A stretch of 50,533 bases of DNA, from the NCBI GenBank assembly GCA_051941275.1, contig JAVEBF010000022.1, positions 1-50,533 of the forward strand. The letters run 5' to 3'. Below, in pieces: positions 35,736 through 48,629 of this stretch; the stretch's first letter is position 1; the number at the start of each line of letters is the position of its first letter. The notes under the pieces are model-generated. The model was not told the origin of the DNA. It searched no databases and was given only the letters and a program-made list of their open reading frames with translations. The translations under genes and the position numbers were made by a program. Origin of the DNA: Dirinaria sp. TL-2023a (lineage: Eukaryota).

Positions 35736-36395
35736 TTAGGTGCTGTATCGCTGGCGGAGTGTTCTGTATCGTTTTAGGTAATACCTTAATACCGCTTTAG
35801 CAAGCTCAGATTCAAGAGAAAGATCAAACACTGGCAGCAAGTCGTCACAGAATTGACTACTCACAGTGCTTCCACCTCTGCACCAGCATGTTGTTAGCCA
35901 CGAGACTTGCAGCGTCGTGCGTCTACTGATGCCCACCTTTCTTAACATACTCTGCCCTCTCAATGCCTTTTTTGATTTCTTCCTCACGCTGCAATCCAGC
36001 CTGACTGGCAAATGCTTTGTGAAGGCGGGCCTGGAAGTATGAATAGCCCAGAGGATATTCGCGACCAAGATTCAGCAAATCTACGAACAATAACGTATTT
36101 CAGTCTCGGCGCTCTACTACAATTGACTCAGGTGAATGAACATTCCAGAATGAACGTTCCAACATGATGTAGACTTGCACACGGGTAGTCCTTTGCAACT
36201 CAACCGCAGACTCGTGCAGTGTTAAATTCCTCAGAACAAAAATGTGTTCATAGCGAATCGGTAGCATGCATTTCAATCTGCCTGCGATATCTCGAATTCT
36301 ATCCTCGATGCCAGGTGCGTGGGAATAGGAAGAGACAGGCTCTGCTTACCTTTGTATACATTTATGACCTGGCGACGCAGTTCCGGGCCGGGCAT
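35736..36395 (-). CDS. LYRM5: LYR-motif protein 5 / ETF regulatory factor 1 homologue
   Basis: Spliced product [39 protein letters not shown]...[27 protein letters not shown]. Three introns. Confidence 0.88.
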
Positions 36396-37115
36396 CTTGC
36401 ACACGTCAGTCCTTGCAAGGTGGGTGAGCACGGTGGCGCTGAGAGTTGCACTGTACCGTACTGTATGTATGTACATATTTGGCGGACGGAGAAGGATCTA
36501 CTTTACCTAAATAAGGCAGGTACGAGTACTAACCTACCCTAAGGTAAGAGGCAACCTGGGCTTACAGAGATCAGCGCCACTAGTGGGACTAGTGTGGAAA
36601 CTTTCCTCAGGCCCCAGTGCATCATCCAAGCTTACCTAAGGTAAGGTACCTTATCACAGGATCCAATTTGATACCTAAATATAAGGTAGCATTTACCTGC
36701 AATTGCTAGGAGCCAACCTGTAGACACTTTGGCGTACTCTCCAAAACACGGCCAAATCAATAGGAACAGACTATCTAATCTACCTGCTGCGCCGTTCTCG
36801 CGGAAGCGCGTTCTTTTGCTGGGGTGAAATAGCCTCTTTCCCAATCTTTTGCTCGCACACCATTCAAGAGAGAGCATCTCAGATTTCACCCGTCTCCAAG
36901 CGGCGCCCAAGTCCGCGAAAAAATTGCAAGTAATCTGTGAGTACCAGACTGCATAAGTCATTGACGGAGCGCCGCCTGTGCCGCTGGGCGGCCGTCTCCA
37001 ACAGAAGAATGGTAAGGTATTTCTTCTGTCGACTTCTTCCAAACGATTTGCCGATTTACTTAGCTTCGCTAAAAGTTATTGCCAAATCAACATACAGGTA
37101 CCAAAAAGGCAGAGG

Positions 37116-39321
37116 CTACCCCATCTTCGCATCCAGACTGTTGCCTTTCCGTACAAATACCTCGCCGACAGGGTCTCCACTTTCCTTAAGGACCTCCCAG
37201 TTTCCTGTGCCCAATTCCTTTGGTGCCTTTTTAACACCCCGGCCTCCGCCACCAATGATCAAGTTCCCGGGACGATAGTTTTCGTCAAACTCCATCCTTC
37301 TGAGGGCCGAATTATGTATCCAAGCGCCCTCCGGTATGTCCCTGACCTCGCCCATTGGCAGAGGCAGAGAGATTGCCTGCCATGAACCATCAGGCCTGAG
37401 ATCCATTCTCCTAAAGGGCAGGTATTCCATCAATTTCCACGACAGCACCGATGCTCGGCTCAGTCCGTTATTAAATTCGAGACAATCGTGCAAGGTACCT
37501 TGTGTGGCTGCTGTATGAAGGTGCTTGTGAAACTTGGACGGCGGCCGAGGTTCAGGCTCCAGACCAGGCGCCCAGCCAGATTGGGCCTGATCGCTATGTG
37601 GACTGCGAAAGAGGTCCGTTGGACGAGTCACTTGCACTTCAGGGATTGGAGGCTTGTTGGCCTTGGATGCTGCATTCACCCAGTCAGACTGATCTTCACA
37701 GCAACGCAGGGCGCGCATCTTCCCCTGATCGAATTCCAGGCCTGCTTTTTGCGCTTCCCTTACCATCCAGACCAAGGGCCCGTGACTGAGGGGGACTTCT
37801 TCACCACTTGCTAATGGCCACCCTCCGCCCAGGTCAGCGTGACAGCCCGGAAACCAGACCTCCTCTATGTTTTGGGCAGCTGCTTCGTCTTCGTCTTCTT
37901 CGTCATCTGGCTGAACCAAAGAAGGTATCATGGAACCCTGAGAAACCACACTATGGATAGAGCAAGCGTCCTGATCCGCTGCAATGGTGTGCGACTCGGA
38001 GCCCACGGACCTATACTGGGGCCTCTCTTGCGATGCCAAGCGAACAGTGGAGCCCAAACTTGGCATAAGATGACCTTGATCGTCTTGAGCACTCAAATGA
38101 GGACTGCGTGCACGTGGGCTTCTTTCTCCCATCGCTCGGACTTGACTCGGACGTCGGAATCGATCAGAGGCTTGTGGTGTAGGCAATCCATCTCTGTTGT
38201 GCTCCGTCGTTGAGCTGCCGTTTGTTTGTGCTTGTTTCCTATGATGATGGTGCCGACGATGCTCATGATCCTTTGACATTCTCGTTTCGGAAATTAAATC
38301 TTGACGGAACTTGGCACGGCGCTCATCGATACTTACGGCATGGCGAATCACCTTTGCGGAGCTCCGGGCTGTGTAGGGAAATTTGCTTCTTTGCATCCAG
38401 GCATTTTCGAACCTTGGTACGCTGTTGACTTTTGAATGTCAGCTTTCCAACCGAGATAGCGATAGCGCTACCACAGACCGGTGTCAAAAAGGCCAAGAAA
38501 GCGGATACGTCGGACTGGACGACTAAAAGTTTCTCGAAATCCACGCAAATATTCAAACATCTGTGCTTTCTTCTGCTTCTCTTCGTCGGTCCCTTCTTGA
38601 CGTTCCTGCCATTGTGAGAAAGCTTTCCACGCAAAGCCTTCCCAGAGTCAGACCCAGTTGTGGTTTAGTAAAGATTCAATGAGACGTACGAGCCAATTCC
38701 TCGTTTCCAGCACTAAGCAACCCTACGTGATCCAACATCTCGGCTAGGAATCGTGCTACATAGGCCCCACGACTGAATCCGAAAAAATAGAGATCGTCCT
38801 CGAAGTTATAGGCTTGCATCAAGAATTTGTAAGCGCCCATGACGTGTTCATCGAAGGAAGTCCCCACAGCGGAATCTTTGGCCTTTTGATACCAGGAAGA
38901 AAATCGCGCGGGTAAGCTGGTGTGAGACAACGACCTTGTGTTGACATAGGTGCCGATGCCAGGCTGGTGGTATCAGCAGGAAGCTAGCGGATGTGCACAG
39001 CGCCGCTGACCTGATAGTAATGACGGTCTCCATTACCCCTGTCTAACATTCGATATATCTTGAGGATGTTGCTGTCGGCATCAGTGCCTGAGCTTGTAAG
39101 TCAACAGTCGCCTGTAGAATCGCAAGAGGCAGCAGGGGATTGAGAATCGGACAAGGCAAAAACGATCGATATTTACCTTGAAACTTATTGCCTGTGCCGT
39201 CAAAACAGAGAATTATCTGTTTCAAAATCAGCACGGGAGCAAAGTTAGGAGGATGATGGGTCTCGCGAACCTTTTTCCTTGACTGTGACGGTAGGTAACC
39301 TTGCCGTCGGCCAGATGCCAT
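37116..39321 (-). CDS. DUF2235 alpha/beta hydrolase (Tle1 phospholipase-like)
   Basis: ILCFDGTGN, YYQPGIGTY, nucleophile FGFSRGAY, FLGLFDTVNSV, RHAVSIDERR and EVWFPGCHADLGGG. About five introns. The start codon is uncertain. Confidence 0.9.
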
Positions 39322-41420
39322 GACCTTGCCGGGTTGAAGCGTTCCAGCGCTCCGCGGATCAAGTTCACCGTTCAAGAATCTCCGGGAGAGAAAGAGCTAC
39401 TACATGGAAATTTGAGGGCACACAAAACGAAACCAGCATTCGGTAATCATCTGCAGTAAAACCCAATTCGGATAAGTCGGCGCACAATCTGCAGCACAAG
39501 CGTGCTTTGTATCTTGCTAACTCGTTATGTGATAGGGGAGAACGCAATAGGGACCTGCAGGGATCGCATCTCTCGAGATACCGTAAGACTACAAGAAGTG
39601 ATAATAAAGCCGGCTGGTGTACAATCACTACTTACCCTTCTACTAAGCAGTAAAGCGGCCGTTCGCTACGTTAGTACATTATTAAATAACCACCCGAGTA
39701 CACGAAAGCGAGGCGTGCCAAGAAGCAGCGGTTTGCATTGGGTTGAGTCAAGCATGGAGAACTTGCGCTTCGTTGCATCTGCTTACAAAATCGTGCAATA
39801 ATAATAATGAACGGGATGTCGTCTCTCGTCACAGTAGCAGCTTTCTCAAAATTCTCTTGGAAGTGTCATGATTGTCGGCGGTTAATACAAGGTGACTATT
39901 TCTAGCTCAATTACAGATACACCCCCGCTCACTCGGTCTGGTGAGGTGAGACCGTGGGGCTTTTTCAAGGTGATCTACGGTTGGGTTGGGAGAGCGACTT
40001 TGGGTTGTGACTGGAATCCAAAGGAATTGAGCTATCGGATTCTGAGCCGAATCGACGCTAGAGGATTGAGAGGCTCAGGAGACGCCGGAAGGATCAGCTA
40101 TTCGGTAGCCTAAGCTGCGCCAAGGCCGCCTGTCAGTTGAGCGGCCCCGCCCCGAGCATCTCCAGCCGCTGGGACTCGCCCACGTTTGCTCTTGGCGGAG
40201 CTAGGGAGTAGGGAATGACACTATGACAGTCGCTTGTACTGTTCTACCTTGGTACAGTACGGAGTACTTCCAGGTAAAGAATGTACTGTACGAGTACCCT
40301 CGCAAGCCTCGGTACCTCGAGGTAGCTAGTACATGAAAATTGGACAACCTCGACTAATGTACGGACTGTAGTTCAAACGTTGGCCGTACAGCACAGAACG
40401 TTCCACAAGCTCTGCTTTTCGTCTAGTACAGAGTACCTAGTCCCTACCGTACACTGTACAGTCCTGTAGGCAGGTGCTGCACGTTAATCACCTGGACCTT
40501 GTTGCGCTACTCGACCGTCAATCGGCCGTCAATAATCAGCCGTCAATCGGCCCTCCTTTCGCTTGCGGTTTGTGCTCGTCTCCATCCATGAACAGCTATC
40601 GCTTCCGACTGGTCTTGCTCAAACTTTAAATTCCTATCCAGCTAGCTGGTGACCCAAATCCTCGAACGATAACAACGGAGAGAAACTCGATCGGTCCACG
40701 AGCGTCTGCAATTCTCAAACTGGAAACGATGGATTTGCAAGCCGCTACCAAGCTCGCCGTCGACGGCATATCTCTTTCGACCCTTTCCGTCATCGATACA
40801 GATACCAGCTAGATCTTGCTAGTGCCTCGGACACACCGACGCACTCCCATGCTGGTCCTATCGTTCCCCGTCAGCGGCATCGTGTCTGCATCGGGCCTGG
40901 GCCGATTCAGGAGCATTTTGTCAATCAGATTTCAACCCGAGTGGAATCCTAGCGTCACTGTATACGTGTAAGGGGTTCGCATATCGCCTGCTCATGATGG
41001 AAATATGCATCTTCCCCACTTCGACTAAATTGCCCAACCCCTCGTAACGCCATTGAATGGACAGCGCCTGTTCCGAACAGTATTAGATCATCGATCGACG
41101 ATCATTGAATAGCTTCCCGCATCGATCTATGCCGGACCCCGCCGACACCCATGCGTTGCGCGCTCTCGCGGTGGATGGTCGGATGGGCAAAGTTCTTGAT
41201 TACGAGTGCCCTGCATCTAGAGGCACTGCTAGCCCAATGAGCCCATCCTGCCCTAATCAAGTACACCCGAGGGTCTCGAAGCTCAAGAGCTTCCATTGGC
41301 GTCTTCTCACATCTTACCTCTTCTCGTCAGCTCTTGGGCATGACCACAACTTCAATCGCCCAAGTAGTCCTACGCTTTACTGCTCAGCTCCTCGTGTTCT
41401 TCCTATGCACACCGGCCGCC

Positions 41421-44400
41421 ATGATCCGCAGACTTACTTCACGTTTGTCGAAAGACAAGAAGCAGGAGATCAATGGCAACGGAGTGGCTGATACCAAGAA
41501 AGCTGTGAACGGTACATCTAGCTCGCACGCAACGAAAAGCAAGAAAGAAGACCCAGTGGATCACTCTGCCAGTCGTCACGAAGTAGAGAGCTCGTTCTCA
41601 AAATTTGGTCAGTTGATCCATGCTTCGCAACGACCACTGCCAACGCAGACGGGTGATGGGGCGTATCTCGACCACACCGAACCGTCCGGTCTTCTGCATG
41701 ACCTCAAGACCATTGGCTTTAAAGACGTGAATACTTTGATGCAGGTTATGAGAAATAAAGCAACCGGAGAGTTGCAAGATGATAAGACCTATATGATGGA
41801 ACACGTCATCCAGGTTAGTCGATTTGGTTACTAGACGCCCAGACTCTTCCCGTTGAACATTGATGGTGGCGTGGTTCGCGTAGTATTTCTGAGGATTTTC
41901 ACGGCTTGACACATTTGACGATTGGCGAGTTCTTATGGCAATGATGGACGCCTGCTTAGCGCCAACAGTTGAGTCAAAGTAGATGCTTGGTTTAGCCGTT
42001 TAGCCACCTTGCCTCTTCAGAAATGCAATATTCCTTAGCATTTTCCAGGCAGCATAACCTTAGGAGTAGCGCTAATATTCTTCATCAGCTCGTCAGTGAT
42101 CTGCCCTCAATGTCAAAGACACGGGTTGATTTGACGAATGCTTTCATTGACGAGCTGTGGAACTCGCTCCAGCATCCTCCAATGACCTATCTCGGCGATA
42201 CTTACACATACAGGTCAGCAGATGGGTCCTACAACGTACGCTTCTCCCAAGTGCTAGATATTCGTTTGCTCATGAATGTTAGAACCCCGTTTTACCCATG
42301 TTGGGAGCAGCAAACACACCTTATGCACGCTCTGTAAATCCAAACTCGCTGCAGCCAGGAGCTCTACCGGAACCCGGGCTTGTCTTCGACAGTGTGATGG
42401 CCCGCGAGAAATTCACGCCGCATCCGAATAAGGTGTCCAGTGTGTTCTTTTACTGGGCATCGCTGATCATCCATGACCTGTTCCAGACAGATCATCGTGA
42501 TTTCAACATGTCTCAGACTTCATCGTATCTAGATCTTTCTACGCTGTATGGTGATACCCAAGAAGATCAAGATCAAATTCGTACATTCAAAGACGGAAAA
42601 TTGAAACCCGACTGCTTTGCAGAACCTAGGCTGCTCGGCTTCCCACCAGGCTGCGGTGTCTTGCTTATAATGCTCAATCGGTAGGCCTGGCGTAGGAGCA
42701 AGCCAATCATCAAAGACTAATGCGTTGATATGGCAGATTCCACAATTACGTAGTCGAACAATTAGCAGTAATCAACGAGAATGGGCGTTTTACAAAGCCC
42801 AGCGAAGGCCTGAGCCATGAATACGCCGAGAAATCTTGGGCAAAGTACGACAACGATCTTTTCCAAACCGGACGGCTGATTGTGTGCGGATTGTATATTG
42901 TACTGAGTGGCTTCTAAACGTAACTGAGCCACGCTGACGTTACCTTCTAGAATATTACACTGTATGACTATTTGAGGACAATTGTCAACCTAAATAGAAG
43001 GTGAGTCCTCCATCAGAGCGATTCCGGAAACTTCTGACTCGAAGTTCCAGTAACACAACGTGGTCTCTGGTAAGCGGAATTGCTTGGATGATCCAAATTA
43101 CTGCTTACAGTTCCAGGATCCGCGAGCAGAGATGGGTAGCATTTTGGGTATGGCTGCCCGCTCAATAAATAAAGACTCCGCTGACCAAAGGTCCAAGGTC
43201 ACGGTGGGACACCCAGTGGCGTGGGTAACCAAGTTTCAGCTGAATTTAACCTGGCGTATCGATGGCATTCGGCTATCAGCGAGAAGGATGAAAAGTGGAC
43301 CGAAGGCCTCTACAGAGAATTGTTTGGGAAGGACGCCGCGGATGTATCGCTTCCTGAGCTTCTTCAAGGACTTGGTAAATGGGAGCAAGGCCTTGACAAG
43401 GATCCCCAGAAAAGGCCGTTCGCCCATCTTCAGAGGGGGCCTGATGGCAAATACCCTGATGATGGACTTGTTGACATTTTAACGAGTTCCGTTGAAGACG
43501 TTGCAGGTAGGTGGCCGGAGAAGGAAGGCCCAAATCTGAGACTGGGTGCTGAAACATTTGTAGGCGCTTTCGGTGCTAACAACATTCCCAAGTGCCTTAA
43601 GGCTGTTACCATCCTCGGAATGCAGCAGGCTAGAAAGTGGAACTTGGCGTCCTTGAACGAGTTTCGGCAATTCTTTCAATTGAAGACGTACGATACTTTC
43701 GAAGAAATCAATTCAGATCCCGTTGTCGCTGATCAGTTGAGGTACGCCACTTTCAATGATTGATGACGGTCTAGATAGCTGACGAAGCTTTGCACAGAAA
43801 TCTTTACGAGCACCCATCTTTTGTGGAGATGTACCCCGGACTAGTTACGGAGTCGGCAAAAGTACCCATGGGTAAGCGGACGTGCCTTGCAAAGAATACC
43901 TACTGAAGTCTGTCTTGTAGTGCCTGGTGTCGGCATAGCTCCGAATTACACAATCTCGAGAGGTATGTATTAACGCTCGCGAACTGGAGTCAAACCATGC
44001 CTGACAAGATGTGATAGCCGTTCTGTCAGACGCTGTAGCACTTGTGCGTGGCGATAGATTTTATACACTCGATTATAATCCGAGGAATTTGACGAATTGG
44101 GGTTACAGCGAGGTTCAGTATGACCTGAGCGTTAATCAGGGATGGTATGATACCGCATTGCTGGCTTGCTCTGGAAGCTCCCCAGTTCACTAACCAGTAC
44201 CAGCGTCATGTACAAATTGATCCTCAGAGCGTTTCCAGATCATTTCAAGCCCAATTCTATCTACGCGCATTATCCGATGACAGTCCCTTCAGGTATGCTT
44301 GTATTATATGAGCCTGCACTGGCCGTTTCGCTAAGTTAGAGTAGAAAATAAGATGATTCTCCGGAATCTCGGAAGAGACGATCAATTTTCCTGGGATCGA

Positions 44401-46311
44401 CCAGCAAAGATTCGCCCACGTGTAGATCTGACCTCTTATGTGGGCGCCAAGTACATTCTTGAGCGACCTCAAGACTTTAAAGTAGTATGGGGCGATGCTA
44501 CTGCCTTCATCTTGGGCAAAGGAGGCTGGGATTCCATGCTCAGTGGAGACGGCCCATTCCATACCAAACAAAAGAAGCTTATGTGAGTGGAAAGTTGCTT
44601 TCTTTAATTTTCCATTCCCAACTGCCAAATGTGCTTTCCTACTTGACCGATGGCAGCGCATTTCGCAGATCACACAGCGGATACAAATCACTTTATTGAT
44701 TCAAAGGATCGACGCCGTTACTGATGGGCAGGGTCCTGGTCAAATAACAAATGCCTGCACAGCGTCAAGCTGAATCTTAGTGATCAGATATGTGGCTAAT
44801 AGGTTTGATGAGTTATGCCAAGAGCGACCTATTGCTGCTTTGGAAAGAACCTGTGCAGCGACAAATTAATTCTGGCTATTCTTGATATGCGAGCAAAGGG
44901 ACTTGAAGCTGTGCGCTTCTATGTGGTGTTCTATGGCAGGCTTGACATTCTATCAAGAGAAGATGCTGACTTTGACTCTCAAGGGGAGCGTCGTTGTACC
45001 GTGAGCAGTGGCACCAACAGATCAAGGAATTCTACGAGTATATTACTTTGAGGCTACTGCACGAGAAATCTTGCAAAATCGCGGGAGTGAACCAAGTCGA
45101 CATTACCCGGGAGTGAGTTTCTCGATAGTCATGAAGCTTGAACTCTACTGACGCATGCCGGGAAGTGTGGGCAACATCGCTCATATTCACTTTGCCGCGA
45201 ACGTGTTCTCTCTACCATTAAAGACGGACGAGCACCCGCACGGAGTGTACACCGAACAGGAGTTGTACATGGTGATGGCCATTATTTTCATCGAAATTTT
45301 CTTAGACCAAGAACCAGCCAAGTCGTTCCCACTACGACTGGCGGCTAAAGCTGTGACGCAACAGCTGGGCAAACTGATCGAGGCCAATGTTAAGACAGTC
45401 AACATGACAGGGTGGATTGCGGGCATCGTCGACGGCATATCCCAGCATCGTACTCCCTTGACGGATTATGGCGTTCATATGGTTCGGCGACTGCTCGAAA
45501 GCGGTTTGGGCTCCTCTGAGGTGACTTGGAGTCAAATTCTTCCCACTGCTGGCGCTATGGTTGCCATCCAGGGACAGGTGGTATGGTGCTGCATTCCTCG
45601 TTTTCTGTGAGAATATAGCACTAAAGCCCCTCAATAGTTCACTCAACTGCTCGACTACTATCTGTCAGACGAAGGCAAACGACATCTGCCGGACATCAAT
45701 CGCCTGGCTAAAGCGGACACGCCCGCAGCTGATGAGAAGATACTCCACTACGCCATGGAGGGTATCCGCCTTAACGGCACAGTTGGATCCTATCGACAAG
45801 CGACCAAGTCGATGAGACTGGATGACGGTGGCAGGCCAGTCTCCATCGAAGCTGGAGATACAGTTTTCTGTAGCTTCGTATGGCTCACTTCTTACAACTT
45901 ATCAGCTTAGAAAGCGAGCTAATTTGGCAAAGGTTAATGCGAACCGCGAAGCGAAATTCTTTCCAAATCCGAATGAAGTCGACATTAACCGGGACCTGGA
46001 GACGTACATTCATTACGGACTCGGCCCGCACGCTTGTTTGGGAAAGGATGCGAGCAGGGTGGCCTTAACGGCAATGCTCAAAGTCGTGGGCCGCCTGGAC
46101 AACCTGCGACGCGCACCCGGACCGCAAGGACAACTTAAGAAAATTCCACGACCTGGAGGCTTCCATGTCTACATGCGATCCGATCACGGAAGCTACTTTC
46201 CATTTCCCACGAGTAAGTCAAGGTGCTACAGTGATATCGGTGCCGAGGCTAACTGAAAGCGAAGCGATGAAAGTCAACTGGGACGGCGAACTACTGCCGC
46301 TGAAGAGGTAA
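41421..46311 (+). CDS. ppoC: Fatty-acid dioxygenase-cytochrome P450 fusion, PpoC/10R-DOX clade
   Basis: GCCGCCATG start. LWNSLQHPP, WASLIIHDLFQT, TSSYLDLS.LYG, YDYLRTIVNL, EFNLAYRWH, SDAVALVRGDRF, E..R (EGIR) and HYGLGPHACLG. About 20 introns, including two 19-nt micro-exons at 43051-43069 and 43117-43135. Confidence 0.93.
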
Positions 46312-47525
46312 TAGCTTTACATGTGGGCTATTCCTCAGTCCTGGGTGTGGAAACTGCTTCCGTACAGTGTCGGTTAAAGTTTATTCGCCCAGCGTTGCAG
46401 CGTTGAATAGTCAACTGACGGTACCTTAAATATTCGGCTCATCATCTGATCGAGTTGATATGTCGTTACGCTCGATACCTTTCGCACACCCTGTTCTCAA
46501 AAATCCATTGAGATCTCAACACCCTGGAAATGGACGCCCCTTGGGCTGCTCGATTCGAAGCGTGGATACGTGACCATATTCTGGAATGCGTCCAACCTCA
46601 GGCGTGAAAAGTTGCCTCCGTGGACATCTCTGTGATCAGCGGAGTGTGGAATTCAGCGCTTTTAAAGATCGGCAAACTTATGGAGGTTGAATATCTCAGG
46701 TGCTCAATGACTACCTACCACTTTGACATGCTCGATCCCTGTACGAGTACCCTGTGCAAGTCACGTGTGTCACGGGTGCATTTAGAATATGTACCTTAAG
46801 TCAAGTGCCTTAGTTCGTTGATCGGAAGGTGATCTTACCTCAGTGTGACATCACGCAAAGTGGAAGTAGGACAATCAGGTGCTCATACCTTACCTTACGT
46901 TAGGAGCTGACAGGTACCCTAAGGTACCTTAGGTAAGTAAAGCGCCTTCCCTGAGGTAAGATCACTCTTTGGGTCTTCTTGGGCCGTGACTATCATTAGT
47001 AATCCCTGCGACAGCGATTGGTTCACCGAGATCCGAATATCAAGGTCCCGAGGGGGCGCATGGTTTGCATGGCTACCTACTACTGTAAGATCTTACCTTA
47101 CTTACCTGACATGAAGTGTGAACCGGCTGTTCACATTAATATTGGACGGGATTCGTCACAAGCCTGATTGAGTAAAGTACGAGTAAGGTACTGATCTTCA
47201 TCCCAAAATAAGGTACGAGTACATGTACATTACCCGACTCCATAAGGTACTACGTGTGCCTTACCTTACTGTTCAATCATCTCTTGGCGATCGTCATTAT
47301 CATTGCCTCTATGCACCTCACATGAGACTTCAAAAGCCGAGCGGACTAAGTATTAAAGTCTACTATGTTAAGCACCTTGCGCACTATTATTCGATACTTT
47401 ACCAAATCACCGATGCTCCATGGCCAACTAAGGTAAAGCCGCCCTACCCGTGCGAGCCGAGCAACGGGTGTTGGTTCGTCAGTAGTTGATCGGCAACGGT
47501 TTTGAAGATAAGTACTTTAATAATA

Positions 47526-48629
47526 ATGCCTTCGTCGTCACCCACACGAGCCACATCACGATCCGTCGAGGAACGTCTCTTCTCCCCTCTGGCAAATTCG
47601 GATTGCCCCACTTCTGCATCAGCGGCCGCTTCGACCTTCGATACTCCGAGAAGATTCTTCTTGCCTGCAAGCCATCCCGTCAGCTCTACGCATGCCGTCT
47701 CTGGAAACGCCGAGTCCCCACATCCACTTGCCTTAGCGCCAGCCGCTGAGAAATCCTCCAACTCGGAAGATTCAAACATACCACCTGTGCGCTTCGATAC
47801 CCCCGCGGCCCCCATCGACATTCCAACTTCCAAAACTGCCTTCGATGCTGCCTCTACTTTCGCGCATGTGGCCCCCTTGACCGCCAGAGAACCACGAGCT
47901 GGCTATTTCCCCGTGCATGATCAGCATACGAAATCAAAGGAGCTTAGTCCGACTTCTGCACTGCACGCACGACGTAGGAGACCTACCAGCTACTTCTCCG
48001 ACGACTCCACCTCGCCTTCATCCTCTGTCGATTCAACTGTCAGTATGCACCGCAAAAGACCATCGTCGCCGCTCTCTCCAACGGCCCCGCCTCCCGTCGC
48101 GACCATCTCTACCTCTGTCCAGCAATCGAATAGTCCAAAAAACCGCCAGTCCACCGCTAGACCCACTCCAAATCTTCGGCTCAACCCGCTCCCGCGTTTC
48201 CACCCTGCAAATTTCGAAACCCCTTCTCCAAGTCCGAATATGACCAGGCAGAACCCGCACTCCAGCCCCGCTAAACCACATCATCGTCATGTCTCGGATG
48301 CTCAGCACAAGCTTCAACAATATCAACGCGACGTTGTTGCCGCGAGCGCTGCACGAGCAGCCTCACTTTCGATGTCACCAAGCGCAACTGCAAAGCCAAA
48401 TGCCCCGCGCCTGGACCCCATGGGTAGCCCTGGTCCCGTGACTCCTCTCATGCTTGAGCCAGCTGACGACTACCTGGGAGCCGGTACCCTGGGCTCGCCG
48501 GGGTCCAGGCCAGATCGTGGGAGGGAACTTGTGCAGCGGTTGGTGTACAAGGAGAACGAGCGGCTGAGATATTCAAGGCGCTCCGAAAGTCTTTCACCTG
48601 CAGTGAGTCCTGCCGGCGGACGGGGGTAG
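47526..48629 (+). CDS. Conserved Ser/Pro-rich hypothetical protein
   Basis: Long ORF with the motif islands LPRFHPANF, KLQQYQRD and PRLDPMGSPGPVTPLMLE..DYL, which are typical of an uncharacterised Pezizomycotina family. Confidence 0.75.
   Translation: MPSSSPTRATSRSVEERLFSPLANSDCPTSASAAASTFDTPRRFFLPASHPVSSTHAVSGNAESPHPLALAPAAEKSSNSEDSNIPPVRFDTPAAPIDIPTSKTAFDAASTFAHVAPLTAREPRAGYFPVHDQHTKSKELSPTSALHARRRRPTSYFSDDSTSPSSSVDSTVSMHRKRPSSPLSPTAPPPVATISTSVQQSNSPKNRQSTARPTPNLRLNPLPRFHPANFETPSPSPNMTRQNPHSSPAKPHHRHVSDAQHKLQQYQRDVVAASAARAASLSMSPSATAKPNAPRLDPMGSPGPVTPLMLEPADDYLGAGTLGSPGSRPDRGRELVQRLVYKENERLRYSRRSESLSPAVSPAGGRG

Noticed and set aside
36081..36349. Intronic snoRNA in the 269-nt first intron of LYRM5
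   Set aside because: No convincing C/D box pair or H/ACA double hairpin could be established by eye. It would need an Infernal/Rfam search.
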